DNA of 63,112 bases, filler included, from Octopus bimaculoides (lineage: Eukaryota), in assembly GCF_001194135.2 (NCBI RefSeq). It is 5 parts of 4 records of this genome, joined end to end, with 100 filler letters (N's around TTAATTAATTAA, not from the genome) between each part and the next. Parts side by side here need not be neighbours in the genome. Positions count along the whole stretch, not along the records: positions 1 to 22,481 come from NC_068999.1; 4 more parts are not named here. One strand, 5' to 3'. The notes under the pieces were generated by a model that made no database searches, had not been told where the DNA came from, and was given only the letters and a program-made list of their open reading frames with translations. Each line of letters begins with the position of its first letter. Positions within the stretch are counted from its first letter, which is position 1. Shown one piece after another: positions 1-11,277 of this stretch. Made by a program: the position numbers and the translations under genes.

Positions 1-45
<45 letters not shown>

Positions 46-170
46 ACATATATATATATATATATATGTAGATATGTATATGTGTGTATGCATGTGTATA
101 AGGTTGCTTGTGTGTGCGTGTGGTTGTGTGTCTTTGTAAATATATACATACATACGTACACACACGCACA
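1..170. repeat. (TA)n grading into compound (TG)/(CA) microsatellite
   Basis: Direct reading of the sequence. Confidence 0.95.
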
Positions 171-339
171 CAAGCACGCATTGCAAAACTAAGAGGCACC
201 ACGTGTCAGTAGGACACTTACCGAAGACTCCGATCGACAGACCGATGTTTGAGGGCTGCACATAGTGGCTTCTAGCAGCAGAAGCCTGGACTTCAACGGG
301 CCTTTCCCACAGAGATCTTCTGCTGTTACTTTCGAGTAT

Positions 340-367
340 GTATCTATATATCGATTTATCTATCGAT

Positions 368-443
<76 letters not shown>

Positions 444-445
444 AG
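340..445. repeat. (TCTA)n tetranucleotide microsatellite
   Basis: Direct reading; it explains the IYLS-repeat ORF 265..495. Confidence 0.95.
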
Positions 446-1974
446 CCACATGTATGTATATGCATACGAATGTTTGTATTTGTCGTTCAATGTGAGACTC
501 TATGTGCCTCCCTATGTGAACGCAGCCTTGTATATTTCTGAAATATGCATATTTTCGAACTACAACATATTTAAATTAAACTAAAGTTCCAAAAATATCG
601 TTGAACAGGTAAATTATATTGAGTAGGTTTAACTTAAAATATATTACATGTGATTGAAACAATGTGAAATTTCATTGATTTATATTTTGTATTACGAGGA
701 TGGGATCTGAAACAATTGCGTTAATAGCGAGACGATGTATCAATAGTGTTAAGCTGCATTGTACATCATATTTAACAGATACGATTGCAGTATTTTACAT
801 ATTTGTAGTTGAGAGAATATGATAACTTATCAGAATGGAAAAGGCAATTATTCCATGAAATGTGATAACATTTGCTATTGATATAGTGTTCGGTGGAAAT
901 TTTAATTTTCTCATTGCTACATGATAGAAAGAAGGGAACAGATTCAGTGTTGTGGCTAACGTACAAGCGCTGTATTTCAATAATTATATAACTATTCAGA
1001 GTCTCCTTTTTCTAATAGTTGTAGTATTTTGTCCTCTAAAGCCGAAAGCCCATGTATTGAAGGATTTTTCCCATCTTGCATGTTGTTGGATTAGTACGAA
1101 ATATAGAGAGTGATACTTTATGAATTTCACATTTTCATCCTTCCTTATTTCTAGCAGATCTCCGGAGCAGATTCATATCTTTACTTGAATTTCTCTTAGA
1201 GTAAAAAATTGTATAGTGCCGCCCGTAATATAGATACATCTGAATGCAGACGTGTACATTGATATACCGTCAATGAAATGACCAATAGTATTAAACCAAT
1301 TTCACTACGCTTTCATGAGATCAACACTATACCATTCAAGATTTTGTTTCAACTCTATAGATATTATCATATCTGTATAGTGTAAATAGGTCTATGTTTA
1401 GAATTTCTTATAAAGTAATTTAATGCGGACATGCATATGGAAAGAATATGGTATTTCGCACAAGTGAACATTTGTCCTAGGAAACTTATTCACTTATTGG
1501 ACATTCTCAATATGTTAGGTTCAGAATAATACTTGTCAGTCCTGAGAATGAGTAAAGGAACATACAGATATGAAGATGGTAATAAGGATTACCATAACAA
1601 ATGGGATGCGAAACATTTCTTTCGGTGCCAATAACATACTGAAAATATCAATGCAGTCAGAAATATTGATTATGCTTATATCAGGTACATGTTACGTTCT
1701 GACATGTTACACAAAAATATTAGTGTACAATACAAATTTGTAGTTTTCATTGATACGTTCCCTGATATTTTGCATTATTCAATCATGAATTGTAGTATTC
1801 ACTTCCTTTCTCTATTTAAATGTCCGAAAAAAACCGCTGAAATTCTACTACATAATTTTGTTTTATATCGATATGGAGATGGAGCAAAATACATAAATTT
1901 TCATAGTCTCTGTAAATAATAAGATTGACATCATTAACATGTTATTTAAAAGCCTACTGAGAAGTTAGGCTCGG

Positions 1975-2886
1975 TTTGTTGCATTCCGATATCCATTACT
2001 CTTCCCCCTATGGTAACGATGGCTAGTGCATTGACTTGCCAAAGTTTAATCCGGAGACGTTAATGCATCTTCAAAGACAGAAACCCATTCACAAATGGAG
2101 TGTTATGCATTTTGGCTTATGGTTCGAAAGAACAACATCGACATTCTTCATAGAACACGGATTCTCCTCAATCAATACTGTGTAGACGTATTCGCTAAGG
2201 TAGATATTTCTTATTTCAGGATTCCTTTCAGAAAATTTCCTTAGCCAGGTCACTAATTATTTACTCCACGCATTACTTCCCTTTCCAGATTGACACCGAA
2301 CCCCACCAATGGATAAATCACCATCAAAAGGATTTACGTACAGAGGAATATGGCAATCGTCGTGACGAAATGAACCGAAATGATCAGGTTGTTGTTTCGA
2401 ATATTGTACATTCTGTCATTCTCCCTTTATCATACACTGGAGGCTCCCGGTACATGCATGAAAAAATGCAGTATGCTGTCACTTATGTTCGCCGCTGTGG
2501 CCATCCAGATTATTTCATCACCTTCCCTTGTAATCGAATATGGGTTGACATCCAGTATCACTTACTTCATGCCACAAATCCTCGAGATATGAATGATATC
2601 ACATCTAGAATGTTTCATCTGAAGCTAATAAAATACGGATATGTTTTTGGACCATAAAGATGTTTCATGTACACAGTAGAATGGCAGAGGAGAAGACTCC
2701 CTCATGCCCATATTCTCCTCTGGTTTCAAAACAAACTCATGTCAACGGATATCAAATCCTTTATCAGTACTTAACTGCCAAATCCTCAAGAAGACACAGT
2801 CCTTTTTTATATAAAAACCAACATTATCCATGGCCCGTGTGGCCACCTAAATCGTAGGTCTGCATGTACGTACGATGGGAGGTGTA
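1975..2886 (+). mobile_element. Helitron Rep (HUH) domain remnant, non-functional
   Basis: Motifs in the expected order: YPLLFP/YGNDG, MECYAFWLMVR..NQYCVDVFAK, ILPLSYTGGSRYM, YVRRCGHPDYFITFPCN, VEWQRRRLPHAHILLW (HUH motif), IHGPCG. In-frame stops at 2655 and later. Truncated by (TA)n at about 2887. Confidence 0.92.
2200..2288 (+). other. Predicted phase-0 spliceosomal intron within the Helitron Rep
   Basis: AAG|GTAGAT donor, CACTAAT branch-like site at 2251-2257, TTCCCTTTCCAG|ATT acceptor. Removal joins ...VDVFAK to IDTEPHQW..., in frame with ORF 2370..2657. Confidence 0.7.
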
Positions 2887-2897
2887 TATATAATATA

Positions 2898-2939
<42 letters not shown>

Positions 2940-3060
2940 CGTGTGTGTCTGTGTGTATGTATGTGCGTGTGTGTGTGTATGTGTGTGTTTGTGTGTGTGT
3001 GTGTATGTGTGTGTGTGTGTGGGTGTGGGTGTGTGTGTGCGTGTGTGTGTGTGTATACAT
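2887..3060. repeat. (TA)n/(TG)n compound microsatellite
   Basis: Direct reading. Confidence 0.95.
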
Positions 3061-5959
3061 GAGTAGTGGTTGAGTCTTCTGTTAGAAAAGATAAGGCTAG
3101 CATAACACAAAAGGGAAATACTCTCAATTACATTACGATTTAATAACTACTGTGTACTGTTCTAGGTTCGGTTTCAAATACAGAAGGTTCTCGGAGGAAT
3201 TTCTATTTCACTGGAATCATTTAAATCATTTCGTTTGCGTTTGAAAGTGAATAAGAGGAAATGCTTATCTTCTATTTGGAGACATTACAATCTTCAACTG
3301 CTCATCTGATGAGATGAAATACAAATTTTAAGACCTAGCATATATTGAGCTCTCCATAAATTGTAATTAGGGCTGAGGTGTGTCTGCATGTATAGCAAGT
3401 GTCGTAATGATTGCGTTAAACAGCAACGACAACACACTCCACACCACACGCAAAGAAAAAGGATTCCACTCAAAACAACAGAAACTAATACCAGCTGTAC
3501 AAGAGTATGCAACAGCAAGGTCAGCAACAAGGACAACAACAGCATATCAACATACTATTGTACTTTACTGGCTGCAGAGTTCGGTTTTTATCAAGCTTGA
3601 ACTGTTATTGTGTTGCATATTGCATTCGCCTTTGCACGGTGTGTATCAACATTTCAATCATGTGTTTTCAGCTTCATTTGCTTTGATACGTGAAAATGAT
3701 TTACTGAAATCTATACATTAATATCACATAAACTATCTACATATTCTCATTTCTTGTCCACGAATAGCCTTCCTCCCTAGATAACGCTTCATGAATGTTG
3801 CTCCTGAATATCATCCATTATTCGTTCAAATTACAATGTTCCTTATCTCTCCTATCAGCTCTTCTATTGTATTTCTTTGGAAATTTACTACACCAATTTT
3901 ATAATTCCCGACCTCAGCAGAAACACGAATTCACCAAGCGTTAATCTGTTCATAGCTGCTTTTACGCTTTCGCTCGATTCTAAAGACTAAATGTCTTCCC
4001 ATGAATATTCATTACCGAACATTTCCTCTTTATCTCATCTAAATCTCATTCTCCTAATTTACAAATAGGTGTAACTACATGGTTTATGATTTCCTTATTG
4101 ATATCATAAATTACTTATGTTATTCATAAAATGTTTTTCCGACCCATAATATATAGATGTTACGGTGGTAGGATGGCGCAATGATACAATGTTTAACACT
4201 TGCGAAAGAAATACCATAAGCAAATTAATAGGAAACGAGCGATTATTTGTTTTCTTATCGATCTTCATAAAAATGGCACAAATACATACGTAAACTCTCA
4301 TAAAGAAACACACAGACAAATTAAATTATACACACGCACGCGCACACACACACGTATATGAATATGTGTGCGTGTATATATNNNNNNNNNNNNNNNNNNN
4401 NNNNNNNNNNNNNNNNNNNNNNNNNNNNNNNNNNNNNNNNNNNNNNNNNNNNNNNNNNNNNNNNNNNNNNNNNNNNNNNNNNNNNNNNNNNNNNNNNNNN
4501 NNNNNNNNNNNNNNNNNNNNNNNNNNNNNNNNNNNNNNNNNNNNNNNNNNNNNNNNNNNNNNNNNNNNNNNNNNNNNNNTATAGAAACACATGGATATTC
4601 TCACAGATATAGAAGCCAATGCACACACATGCACACACGCATATGAGGTTTTTAGTTTGCCTGAAGCATCGTAACGTCGGTTATGTATAAATATACAAAA
4701 TATAGAAAAAAGTATTTAATCACTGCAGGCAAAGTAATTAAGTTGATGCCGATAAAATGAATGCTTTCTATATTATTGTGTTTATATATATATATATATT
4801 ATGTTGTACGCGTTGTTTAAATATATCATTTTTCAGGGAAGTTTACCCTTTGCTGATGCAGTAGAATAAGAACCCTTATTTCCTGAATCAGTGTTTGAAG
4901 CTTCATCTACTGTAGACAACGGAACTTTCTCTCTTCCTGTCTTTAAATTGCGAGGTTGCAATACACCAACGATGAGTCCGCTTTCTTGTATCCTTATGGA
5001 ACTCACAAATAATCTTCGTGTCTGCTTTTGTTTCCAGTTTTCCTACTTATTTTGATTGCTTATGCTTTCATGTGACCAGGTTCGCCAAAATTAATTCTCA
5101 TATCTAGTAAGGAAATTCTTCATTCTTTGTAAGTGACTGACTCACTGACTCTTATTGTCCATACGCATAATTTGCGATACTAATAAGTTTCTGAATCGTC
5201 TCTCGTATATCAACAGCTGATATTTACTTTTGGATGAAGTGTTCTATGCATAGGAAAGAATGTTTCTCATTCTTCTGTCAAATGCATTTATTTGGTCATT
5301 CATCGAATTTATTATTTTACTACCGCAACGGAAATCGGTAGCAATCACGGGTTGAGAAACATTCAAGGATTAATTTCTCTGAATATATTGTATTCGTCTT
5401 AAATTCTTATTGGCTAATAATCGAGTACATCACAGCCTTACTATATCGTTCCATTGTTATCAACTATTAAAAACTGTTTCCTCTTATGAACATACACACT
5501 ATATAATACCAACCTTCTTTCCAAATACCTACAATCTTTCGAAGTAGAGTGGATGAACAGAATCAAAAAATTACTTAAATCATATCCGACATTTGCAGAC
5601 TATCAGAGCAGGATCAAAGAGCTAGGGAGAACTCCACAGCAACCATGCAACATCCATATATCCGTGTTACAAGAACTTTCTAGTACCCCAGCTCGATGAA
5701 CACTTACATTCACAAACAAAAACATCGCTATACTTATCACACTACACGTATTTCCTTTTATTAGTATATATAATGAATTATTGTAAGCCTAGTTGTATAG
5801 ACATATGATAATTCCACGAGTATCTACCTACAACCCAGAGTAGATACATAAATGTGTAAATTAGCGTAATGATGTGACTAGTACACAACACCATTTTTGA
5901 ATCATCATGTGCTGCTATGTATAAAATTTGTTGTCACAAGGACTTTATGCGTAGTATTT

Positions 5960-7795
5960 GTCAAACAGTTTAAGATCTAAGAGCAGAAAGTCAAAGATAC
6001 AGGCTTCACTGTGTGTTGGACACATGCTTCAATGTGATTACTTTAATAATAATTGCATTTTCGTTTTCGTATGTTTGTCGACTGCAACAATGAACAGGGG
6101 TGATATTGCTCAGTTAATCAAGAACACCTTAGAAAGGCACGCCATTCTTCTGCGCGACTGCAGGGTGCAAGCACATGACAATGCAGCAAATATTGCAAGA
6201 AAGTACAATGGCACACAAACAAAAATACAAGAGCGGTGTTCAGTGGCAATCGTTTCTCCATGTGGCTGCCATACTATCAATTTACGTGGAGACGATGCAG
6301 CAGCGTTCCTGCCAGAAGCCATGACATTTTGGAACAGTTCAAATTATGTATAATTTGTTTCGTTCCAGTCCAAAACGATGGGAATTACTTCAGACGCGCA
6401 TAGGTTATTCTCTACATAGCATGTCAGTAACCAGACGGTCGGATAGATTCAATGTATCAAACCTTCTGCATCACACGTCACAGGTATACGGTTATCATTG
6501 TTAGGTCTTTTAGAGCTTAACTTAACAGCAGAGGAACGGATAAAACAGATGGAATATCAGCATACTTAAAATGCTTTATTTGTGTGGTAATGTCGAAGGC
6601 TTGTTACGAATTTTTGGCTGCTATAGATATTTGCAACAATGTTCTTCAAGTCAGAGATGCCACAATAGAGGTGTCGAAATTTAAACTCTCCATGAAGATT
6701 TGATGAAGCTACGAAGTAGATGGTAAAATATCCAATGGAAAGCCAAAGAGATTGTATTGAATCTTGAGATGAAAATTAAGCTCTGCCATCGGCGTGAAGG
6801 CATGGGTCGGAAAGAATAAGGATGCACGATGACGCAAGCACACCTGGCGCCAGACTAACGGAAATGACTGGTACATACGATGAACCAGAACAGTCCTATT
6901 TCGAAAAAACAATGTGTTTTATATTTTGATTGATAACGTTGTTGCAAGCTTAACGGTACGTTGTCATGCTGTTAAGAGGTTGGCTGGAAATTTTGATCTT
7001 TAGCTATGGGAACAACTCACAATGCCTCAGTGACTAAAAGTGAGCTATCACAGAAAGGAAAATGTTTTGCACATCAATACACTGAAGATGGCAAAGAATT
7101 TTAAATAAAATGCAGCATTCAACTGAAGTACATAAAACAAATTTGGCAAAAACCAGAACTGAAATCTCTAGAATTGTAAACTTTATTAACAGATTGCAAA
7201 TCGTATGATATATTTCCAAATGTTTATATTATTTTAAGGATATTGTTGATAATTCCAGCTACAGTAAGAGCACATGAAATATCTTTTAGTAATCTCAAAC
7301 TTATCAAAAATTATTTCAGGTCTACTATGTGTCAAACCAAACTTATAGATCTAGCACGACTGAGTATTGAATCTGTTATTGCCAGAGAAATTGATTTTGA
7401 TAGTGTTATTAGAAATTTTGCAAACAAAAAAAGCCAGAAAAGACATTGTAATTAGTACTCTAGTTAAATGATAATTTGTTTTCACTTTTTAAAGGTTTGA
7501 CTTTAAATGAAATTAATATGAACGTTTAAAACGCATTTATCTAGGAAAAAACCGAAAGGGTGATTGGTGAATCCAACCGCAAATACTCATTTATGTTAAT
7601 GCATTAATTGAATAGATTTTCTTTTTTACATTATGTTATATCTGACCATGGAAATTACGCATTCATGAGAGTTTACATGTCTGTTTACAAGAAATCACAT
7701 TTTCAATTTTGAGAAAGATCGTTATCTTCCTCGGGGCCGCAACGTAGTGTTGTACCGCCTTGCAAAATTCCTCTTAGAGGCCCTATATCAGAGTG
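5960..7795 (+). mobile_element. hAT-superfamily DNA transposon remnant (decayed transposase with hATC dimerisation domain)
   Basis: DCRVQAHDNAANI..KYNGTQ, PCGCHTINL, YNLFRSSPKRWELL, SVTRRSDR, then C-terminal FPNVYIILRILLIIPATVRAHEISFSNLKLIKNYFRSTM..RLSIE. GC-rich 3' end ...AGAGGCCCTA near 7795. Many stops and frameshifts; the 5' end was not identified. Confidence 0.85.
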
Positions 7796-8694
7796 TTATT
7801 ATCAAGAATTAAATAAATTACGTTTAGCATCTCTGCCATTGCTGATATAATGATGAAATTTGTGGATACATTTTCCTGAAAGCTTTAATGACAGATAACA
7901 GTATGCTTCCCCAATGAAATGTTGAGTTATTTGTCATATTCAACTTTTCACCATCCGTTCTTTATATTTGTCTTCTTTAATTTATCAGTAAGAAATGCGT
8001 TTGTCGCCGGCGATCAGTTCATAAGGTTTGCTTTTTGATTTCGTCACCTATATCTCGGAATTCTCTTTGACATTTGCCCCCGATGGCCGAGTTAACACCA
8101 AATATATTATCTTTGACATGATGCCCATCCCTCTTGGCAAATCTTATTGTTTAATGAAACGAAAATACTCAGGGATGAATCTCCGATATTTGTACAGACA
8201 TATCAATAGAGATTGCTTACCCTCCTCCAATCGCAGGATTGAAATGTAATCGAAAATTCAGTGAACATTGTGGATCTGCATGTACGTATCTACTTCATGC
8301 TCAGATCGTTGATGAAACAGCCCATGTCAATGTTACTAGAGTAATGGTACAAATTTCCGAAAACAATTCTTTAACATTTGTATTAGTTTCTCGACATATT
8401 ACTGTCATTGGAGTCAAATGAGGTTCGATTCCGGAATAAATAGTGAAATGTCACTTTACGTAGGTGTGCCCATTACAACCAAAAACATATATACTTGAGG
8501 AAACCATATATTTATTCTTCCAATTTTCTCTTCGTTATGTTCATTATATGAAGGACTATGAAATAAGATACCTGCCCGTTATTCCTAGCTGCTGTAAGAA
8601 AACCGGAGCAATTTAATTGGAAGACTAACTTCATTACAAGAAAACCAATATTGCAATGTCGTCAAGAGTTTGATATCTAATTTCTGAGAAACAT

Positions 8695-8844
8695 ATGGTT
8701 AGTATTGTTTCGACATTTGCTGTAGTTTCCACAGCAGCCCCCGGAGAGAAAGATCGATTTCTGAAAGAGTGTGGCGTTCATGAGGCTATAAATTGTGAGA
8801 AAGATGAACTTTTTAGTGGAACCAGGAATCCTGTTTTATACTAA
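8695..8844 (+). pseudogene. Short frame resembling the NAD(P)-binding segment of an MDR-family quinone oxidoreductase/prostaglandin reductase
   Basis: AVVSTAAPGEKDRFLKECGVHEAINCEKDEL resembles the V.gTa.s.eK..fLk.lG.d.aINy..e pattern. Only about 30 aa, matched by eye, with no clear splice sites. Confidence 0.3.
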
Positions 8845-9439
8845 TATACTGGTCCTAGATATTGTTTAAATCTACATACATATACGCAGAGACGCGCGCG
8901 AATTTGTGTGGGTGTAGAAATAAAACACCGCAACAGCTAGAGTATTCTAAGATATAGACATAAATAAATTGATATCAATTAGCCTCCTTTATTTGCAATA
9001 TTCATTGTTACGTTACATAAATAATGCGTCTCAGGAATTATGTGATGTAAATAGTGAATGTTGATGCAGACTTTTAGAACAAGCTGATATATTGAAATAG
9101 GATTTTTACTAAGCATCAAAGAACATGAATAGATGAAAGGCTTATAATTTCGAATATGAATACACAGAAATCTTTATATAACAAGATTCGTAATATGAAA
9201 AAATGAAAAAGTGTTCAGTGTGTTGGAACCAGTAAAATATGTATAAGAAGACGTCTTAGTGCTTTAAAAGAGCAAATGCTCATTGAAAATCTACACTATA
9301 TAGTTCTATTATATATTAACATATAATTTTAGATGTTTGCATTTTGTATTGAAAAGAATAAGACATCATTTAGATATCAGATTCCCTTGAATACGGAAAT
9401 CATATCCTTCTAAGCTTATCCTTGTTTTTTAATCCCGTG

Positions 9440-9700
9440 ATTTATATATATATATATTTATATATATATATATTTATATATATATATATNNNNNNNNNNN
9501 NNNNNNNNNNNNNNNNNNNNNNNNNNNNNNNNNNNNNNNNNNNNNNNNNNNNNNNNNNNNNNNNNNNNNNNNNNNNNNNNNNNNNNNNNNNNNNNNNNNN
9601 NNNNNNNNNNNNNNNNNNNNNNNNNNNNNNNNNNNNNNNNNNNNNNNNNNNNNNNNNNNNNNNNNNNNNNNNNNNNNNNNNNNNNNNNNNNNNNNNNATA

Positions 9701-9738
<38 letters not shown>

Positions 9739-9822
9739 CATACATACATACATACATACATACATACATACATACATACATACATACATACGAACATACA
9801 TACATACATACGAACATACATA
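9440..9822. repeat. (TA)n and (TACA)n microsatellites flanking an N gap
   Basis: Direct reading. Confidence 0.9.
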
Positions 9823-10479
9823 TAGGTTATGAGAGGTAAATGATGTCAAGAAGACCTAAAAGCGTCCTGAAATGGTGAGTAAATAAGCTCCAGGTTCGGT
9901 GATTAAGCGAATGAGGAGTCCAATGTATACAGAATAGTATGCATATTTGTTTCCTGTACCTTGCATGTGAGTTCCAAGGTACAGGAAACTTATATATATA
10001 TGCGATTCTGCTTACATAATGGAACTGCAGATACAATATCATTACATATTTCACGTCTGTTTTCATTCCTCCACGCCACACTGTATTTGATATCTTCTTT
10101 GTAATAACTATTGCTTTACGATTTTCTCGCACCGTCTCTGATCAAGAGATATATAAAATTTTTCTAGAAACAGCTGTAGGACCTTTTCTTTATAAATGTC
10201 CTGAAATCTTCCACAGCCTTGTATTTTTTAAATCTCATTCTGTTTATATATATATTTGTATGCAAAACAATACAAAGAATTTACCTAATTCTGTACTTCC
10301 CTAACACACTTGTTAATCCGGCACAGAACTTGCTATGCAAGGTGAAAATTTCGATGGAGATGATGTTAAAACTTAAGTAAATAAGTTAGTTTTTATGAAG
10401 CTTAACCAGGCCGAGAGCGTGTTGATAACACCTCACTTAACGGCGCTAAAGTACACAGAGTAGAGCCGCCTGGCACAGA

Positions 10480-11040
10480 TTGAACCTGAACTGTGCTGTG
10501 CATGTGAACTAAGCTTTAAGTTAGTAGTTTACTTCTGCTATTTACAGCAGTGATTGGAAGGAAAACGTGTAACATGTGATCAGTATATTGATCACGACAG
10601 AGAAAGTTCAGCAGAGAATCTGCATCAATTTTTGGCAAAGCTTGGAGTTACCTGCTCAGAGGCCTACGAAAAAAATTTCAAAATGTTTTCAACGTCATCG
10701 ACATAATCTAGGAGATCTTGTGCAAGTAAAACTTGAGAGTCTTTTTGGGCAGCTGAAAGGCGTTTTAGCACAAATTTGACAGACACGCGTCTCATACACA
10801 AATCTTCAGGGATAATCGACTGAACTGAATCGTAACTAATCGACACATTTGTTATCTCACGGATGGGGATTCGACGAATTCGCTTCACAGCTGCACGCAA
10901 ATCTGCGATGCTTTTCTCAGTTATGCTGGTTTGCAGGTCTCCCAGAATGTTAGTCATTATTATTCGGTCACCTTAGGAAAGCCTGAACCACTCATACACC
11001 GCCGCCACCCCTGCCGGCGCCCCCGTAGAGCTTTAGGTGT
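10480..11040. mobile_element. Mariner transposase 5' remnant with an internal inversion
   Basis: The + strand at 10595-10672 gives TEKVQQRICINF..KLGVTCSEAYE. The - strand from 11040 to 10675 continues KLYG..VYEWF..TSITEKSIADLRAAV..DLCMRRVSVKFVLKRLS..QK. Confidence 0.85.
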
Positions 11041-11044
11041 TTTT

Positions 11045-11135
11045 CGCTCAATATACACTCACAATGCCTGATCTGAGTATCGAAACGGCGACGCTACGAC
11101 TGCAAGTCCGCTGCCCTAACCACAGGGCCATTTCG
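11045..11135 (-). mobile_element. tRNA-derived SINE head, degenerate
   Basis: The reverse complement reads GGAGGCGAAATGGCCCTGTGGTTAGGGCAGCGGACTTGCAGTCG...GTTTCGATACTC, giving A-box and B-box-like spacing as in other SINE copies in the window. Confidence 0.5.
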
Positions 11136-11225
11136 CCTCCATACACACACGTACACACATATATAATACTTATAGAATACTCACAAACACGCACGCACAC
11201 ATATACACACCTTACACACACACCA

Positions 11226-11277
<52 letters not shown>

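Noticed and set aside
670-1900. Minus-strand hydrophobic stretches suggestive of a GPCR (RLAINAIVSDPIL) or channel M2 (EIGLILLVISLTVY)
   Set aside because: The two readings are mutually incompatible, stops are frequent, and AT-rich DNA yields such peptides by chance.
3301-3320. CTGATGAGATGAAA hammerhead-like words
   Set aside because: Only 3 nt lie between the core halves, so no stem II is possible.
4836-5700. Protein-like frames, including LITMERYSK (DRY-like) on minus and FEVEWMNRIKK on plus
   Set aside because: Spacing to the expected TM3 cysteine and serine does not fit class A GPCRs, several stops occur, and no family was recognised.
7990-8440. LHFNPAIGG (aquaporin NPA-like) before a GTAAGC donor on minus
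   Set aside because: Flanking residues do not fit aquaporin helices and in-frame stops lie just upstream.
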